This document shows, piece after piece, positions 61,953-64,000 of a DNA stretch of 64,000 bases (position 1 is the first letter of the stretch; every line of letters begins with the position of its first letter). The position numbers and the translations under genes were made by a program. A model generated the notes under the pieces. The model saw only the letters and a list, made by a program, of their open reading frames with translations. It did no database searches and was not told the DNA's origin. The stretch lies in NCBI GenBank assembly GCA_965153285.1, contig OZ229121.1; one strand, 5' to 3'. The stretch comes from Podarcis tiliguerta. Its lineage: Eukaryota.

Positions 61953-62119
61953 CAACGTCGAGCTGCTAGCAGTCATGGAATTGCCAGGGACTTGGTTGGA
62001 GTGGGGGGCAGGTGTGTTTTCAAAGCACAGAGATGGCACGTGATGTAAAGAACTGGGTTTGTAGGTTTGAGGGCTAGGAACAAAGAAGCCGCGACTGGCC
62101 GATCCTTTCAGCAGAGGAC
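61953..62119 (-). CDS. KANSL1-family gene, probable internal exon (Ser/Pro-rich linker before PEHE)
   Basis: (G)PLLKGSASRGFFVPSPQTYKPSSLHHVPSLCFENTPAPHSNQVPGNSMTASSSTL; CAG acceptor, TTG/GTGAGT donor; the phase-0 end fits the next exon. Homology is weak. Confidence 0.7.
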
Positions 62120-62774
62120 CTGGTAATGAAAACATGAAATTAAGAGGATATACTAACTCTGCAACTTCTGCTTAACCACAAGGTAGATGCGAGTTCATTT
62201 TTTCTACTGCACTTTCTGGAAATAGTTTATCTGGTTTTTTTTGATGTAGCTTTACTGGAGGAGCAACATCAAGTGGGAGTGAACCGCAAGTGTATCAATA
62301 TATATGTTACCCTAAAATATTGCTCCTGGTGCCCCCGTTTTGTGGATGTCCTACCTAAACCACCAACAACCCTACTGTTAAAATTGATGCACAATGATGG
62401 AGAGACTCGACGGAGAATTTTCTTTTGCCTCTCTTGCAAAAAACAAGCTTGTGTTCATTCAATAAAATCAACACAATCGTTTTAGGAGAGGGAAAAGGAA
62501 AAACTCCATTTAGAATAATGAATAATGAACTTAGGAAATTCTCTGATACATGATAAGCTGACCACTCAGGTGCTTTTAAAAACCATCGGGCAAGTTCATG
62601 GAGGACTGTTATCATGACCAATAGGTACTGATAGGTATAAGCAGAACTCGCCTGGACAGAGTCAATAGAGCCCTGGTTTCAGATACTGGGGACAAACAAC
62701 ATGCTATATCCACCTCTTTCCGGCTGCTGTCAGTGGACCTGACGATCCTTTGGTTTGATTTTGCCCATACAGTA

Positions 62775-62984
62775 CAGTGGTACCTCGCAAGACGAATGCC
62801 TCGCAAGACAAAAAACTCGCAAGACGAATTTCCCTATGGGCTTGCTTCGCAAGACGAAAACGTCTTGCGCCTTTTTCTTAAAACCGTCAATGCATTCCTA
62901 TGGGAAACCGTCAATGCACAGTGGTGCTTCGCAAGACGAAAAAACTCGCAGAACGAATTAATTTCGTCTTGCGAGGCACCACTG
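62775..62984. mobile_element. Tc1/mariner MITE, family A (no cargo)
   Basis: TIRs and TA TSD; interior matches the 32933 copy. Confidence 0.88.
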
Positions 62985-63628
62985 TACATTTCCTTAGACA
63001 GAATGCGGCACCTTGAATGGGAACTCAGGCCAAGAGCTAAAATAATGCTTTACTTATATTGCATATAATTTACCAGATGCAGACAGGGAAGATGAACAAA
63101 TGTTGTTGGTAAGGTCTTTCAAACCCCACTGGGGTATCTTGAGAGTCTTGAGTTTATGACTCAACCTGTGGTCCTCTCTCAGCAAGGCTTCAAAGTGTAA
63201 ATGAAGAGGGTTGCCTATTAGCAGAAGAAAACAAATTAACCCACACTTGTTATTATTCGTTATCCAAATTTATATCCTGTGATTGTTACAAATAATTCAC
63301 AAATCATGATAATTGCACGGAATACTTCCAATAATTATAGTACATACATATTAATGGTACAATATTTTGCTTCAAGTTTTTTTTAAAAGATGAGATCGGT
63401 TAGATTTCACATACTGTTCTTGTAGGTTTATGTACTTTACATTGTGGGGTATTTTGTACCTTGATGCTTTGTGTGCAACTATATTATCTTACTTAAAAAG
63501 GGAAAGATCTCGGTGAAGGCATGATTTATTTTCTTTGTACTTGCAACTGGTGCCAAGCTCAATACCGCCCATTTGGTATTTAACTTATATGGCTTTCCTG
63601 AATTACATTTTACTCCCAACCATACTGA

Positions 63629-63875
63629 CAGGGCTGAGCAATATATTGATGTATTGTCCAAAACCAGATTAAAGTCTATATTGTGGTATTTGTTTCATAC
63701 TTTATGACCTGGAGATGTTGTGAATTTTCTCTCTCTGTGTGTGTGTGCTTTGCAAAAATCACAACATTGGGAAAATAGCTCCACCCTTATTTCAGACATT
63801 GTGATATATCGTTATATCACAATGTTTAGCTGGTGATATATCGCAATGTTGAAAACCAGGTATCGCCCAGCCCTA
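63629..63875. mobile_element. Probable hAT-type MITE
   Basis: Imperfect TIR CAGGGCTGAGCAATA / TATCGCCCAGCCCTA; TSD unclear. Confidence 0.55.
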
Positions 63876-64000
63876 CATAAACACAATCCATTTCAATATT
63901 AACAGAAAGTAAATGACTAAGGCTTGTCACATGTCACAGCACAGGAATCCTGCATGCTCTGTAAGCTACGGTCAGCAAGGTTAAGTGTGGATCTTCACAG

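Noticed and set aside
62120-64000. Further upstream exons of the KANSL1-family gene
   Set aside because: No open, phase-compatible segment with recognisable homology was found; earlier exons probably lie beyond the window.

Overview
Vertebrate genomic DNA, most likely a lacertid lizard (five Sauria SINEs plus CR1, L2, RTE, Rex1, L1 and Penelope fragments typical of squamates). The window holds two intron-containing genes in tandem on the minus strand. (1) SMARCC1/BAF155: CpG-island promoter at about 47-48 kb and coding exons 1-19 (47451 down to 3110; 1932 nt, 644 codons). All exon phases are consistent, two introns have GC-AG boundaries, and the gene continues past the left edge. (2) The last six coding exons (62119 down to the stop at 55960) of a KANSL1-family gene with a PEHE domain. 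Its sequence mixes KANSL1-like and KANSL1L-like residues, and it sits where mammals have no such gene, so it is probably a third KANSL1 ohnolog of the MAP4 paralogon. Notable non-coding structures: a Tc1/mariner-type MITE carrying a ~290-bp captured CpG-rich promoter/first-exon fragment; a Tc2-type MITE family whose copies carry different arrays of palindromic tandem repeats; a Penelope-type inverted repeat containing a minimal hammerhead ribozyme; solo LTRs; and nested insertions. Gene and family identities rest on recalled homology, not on a database search.
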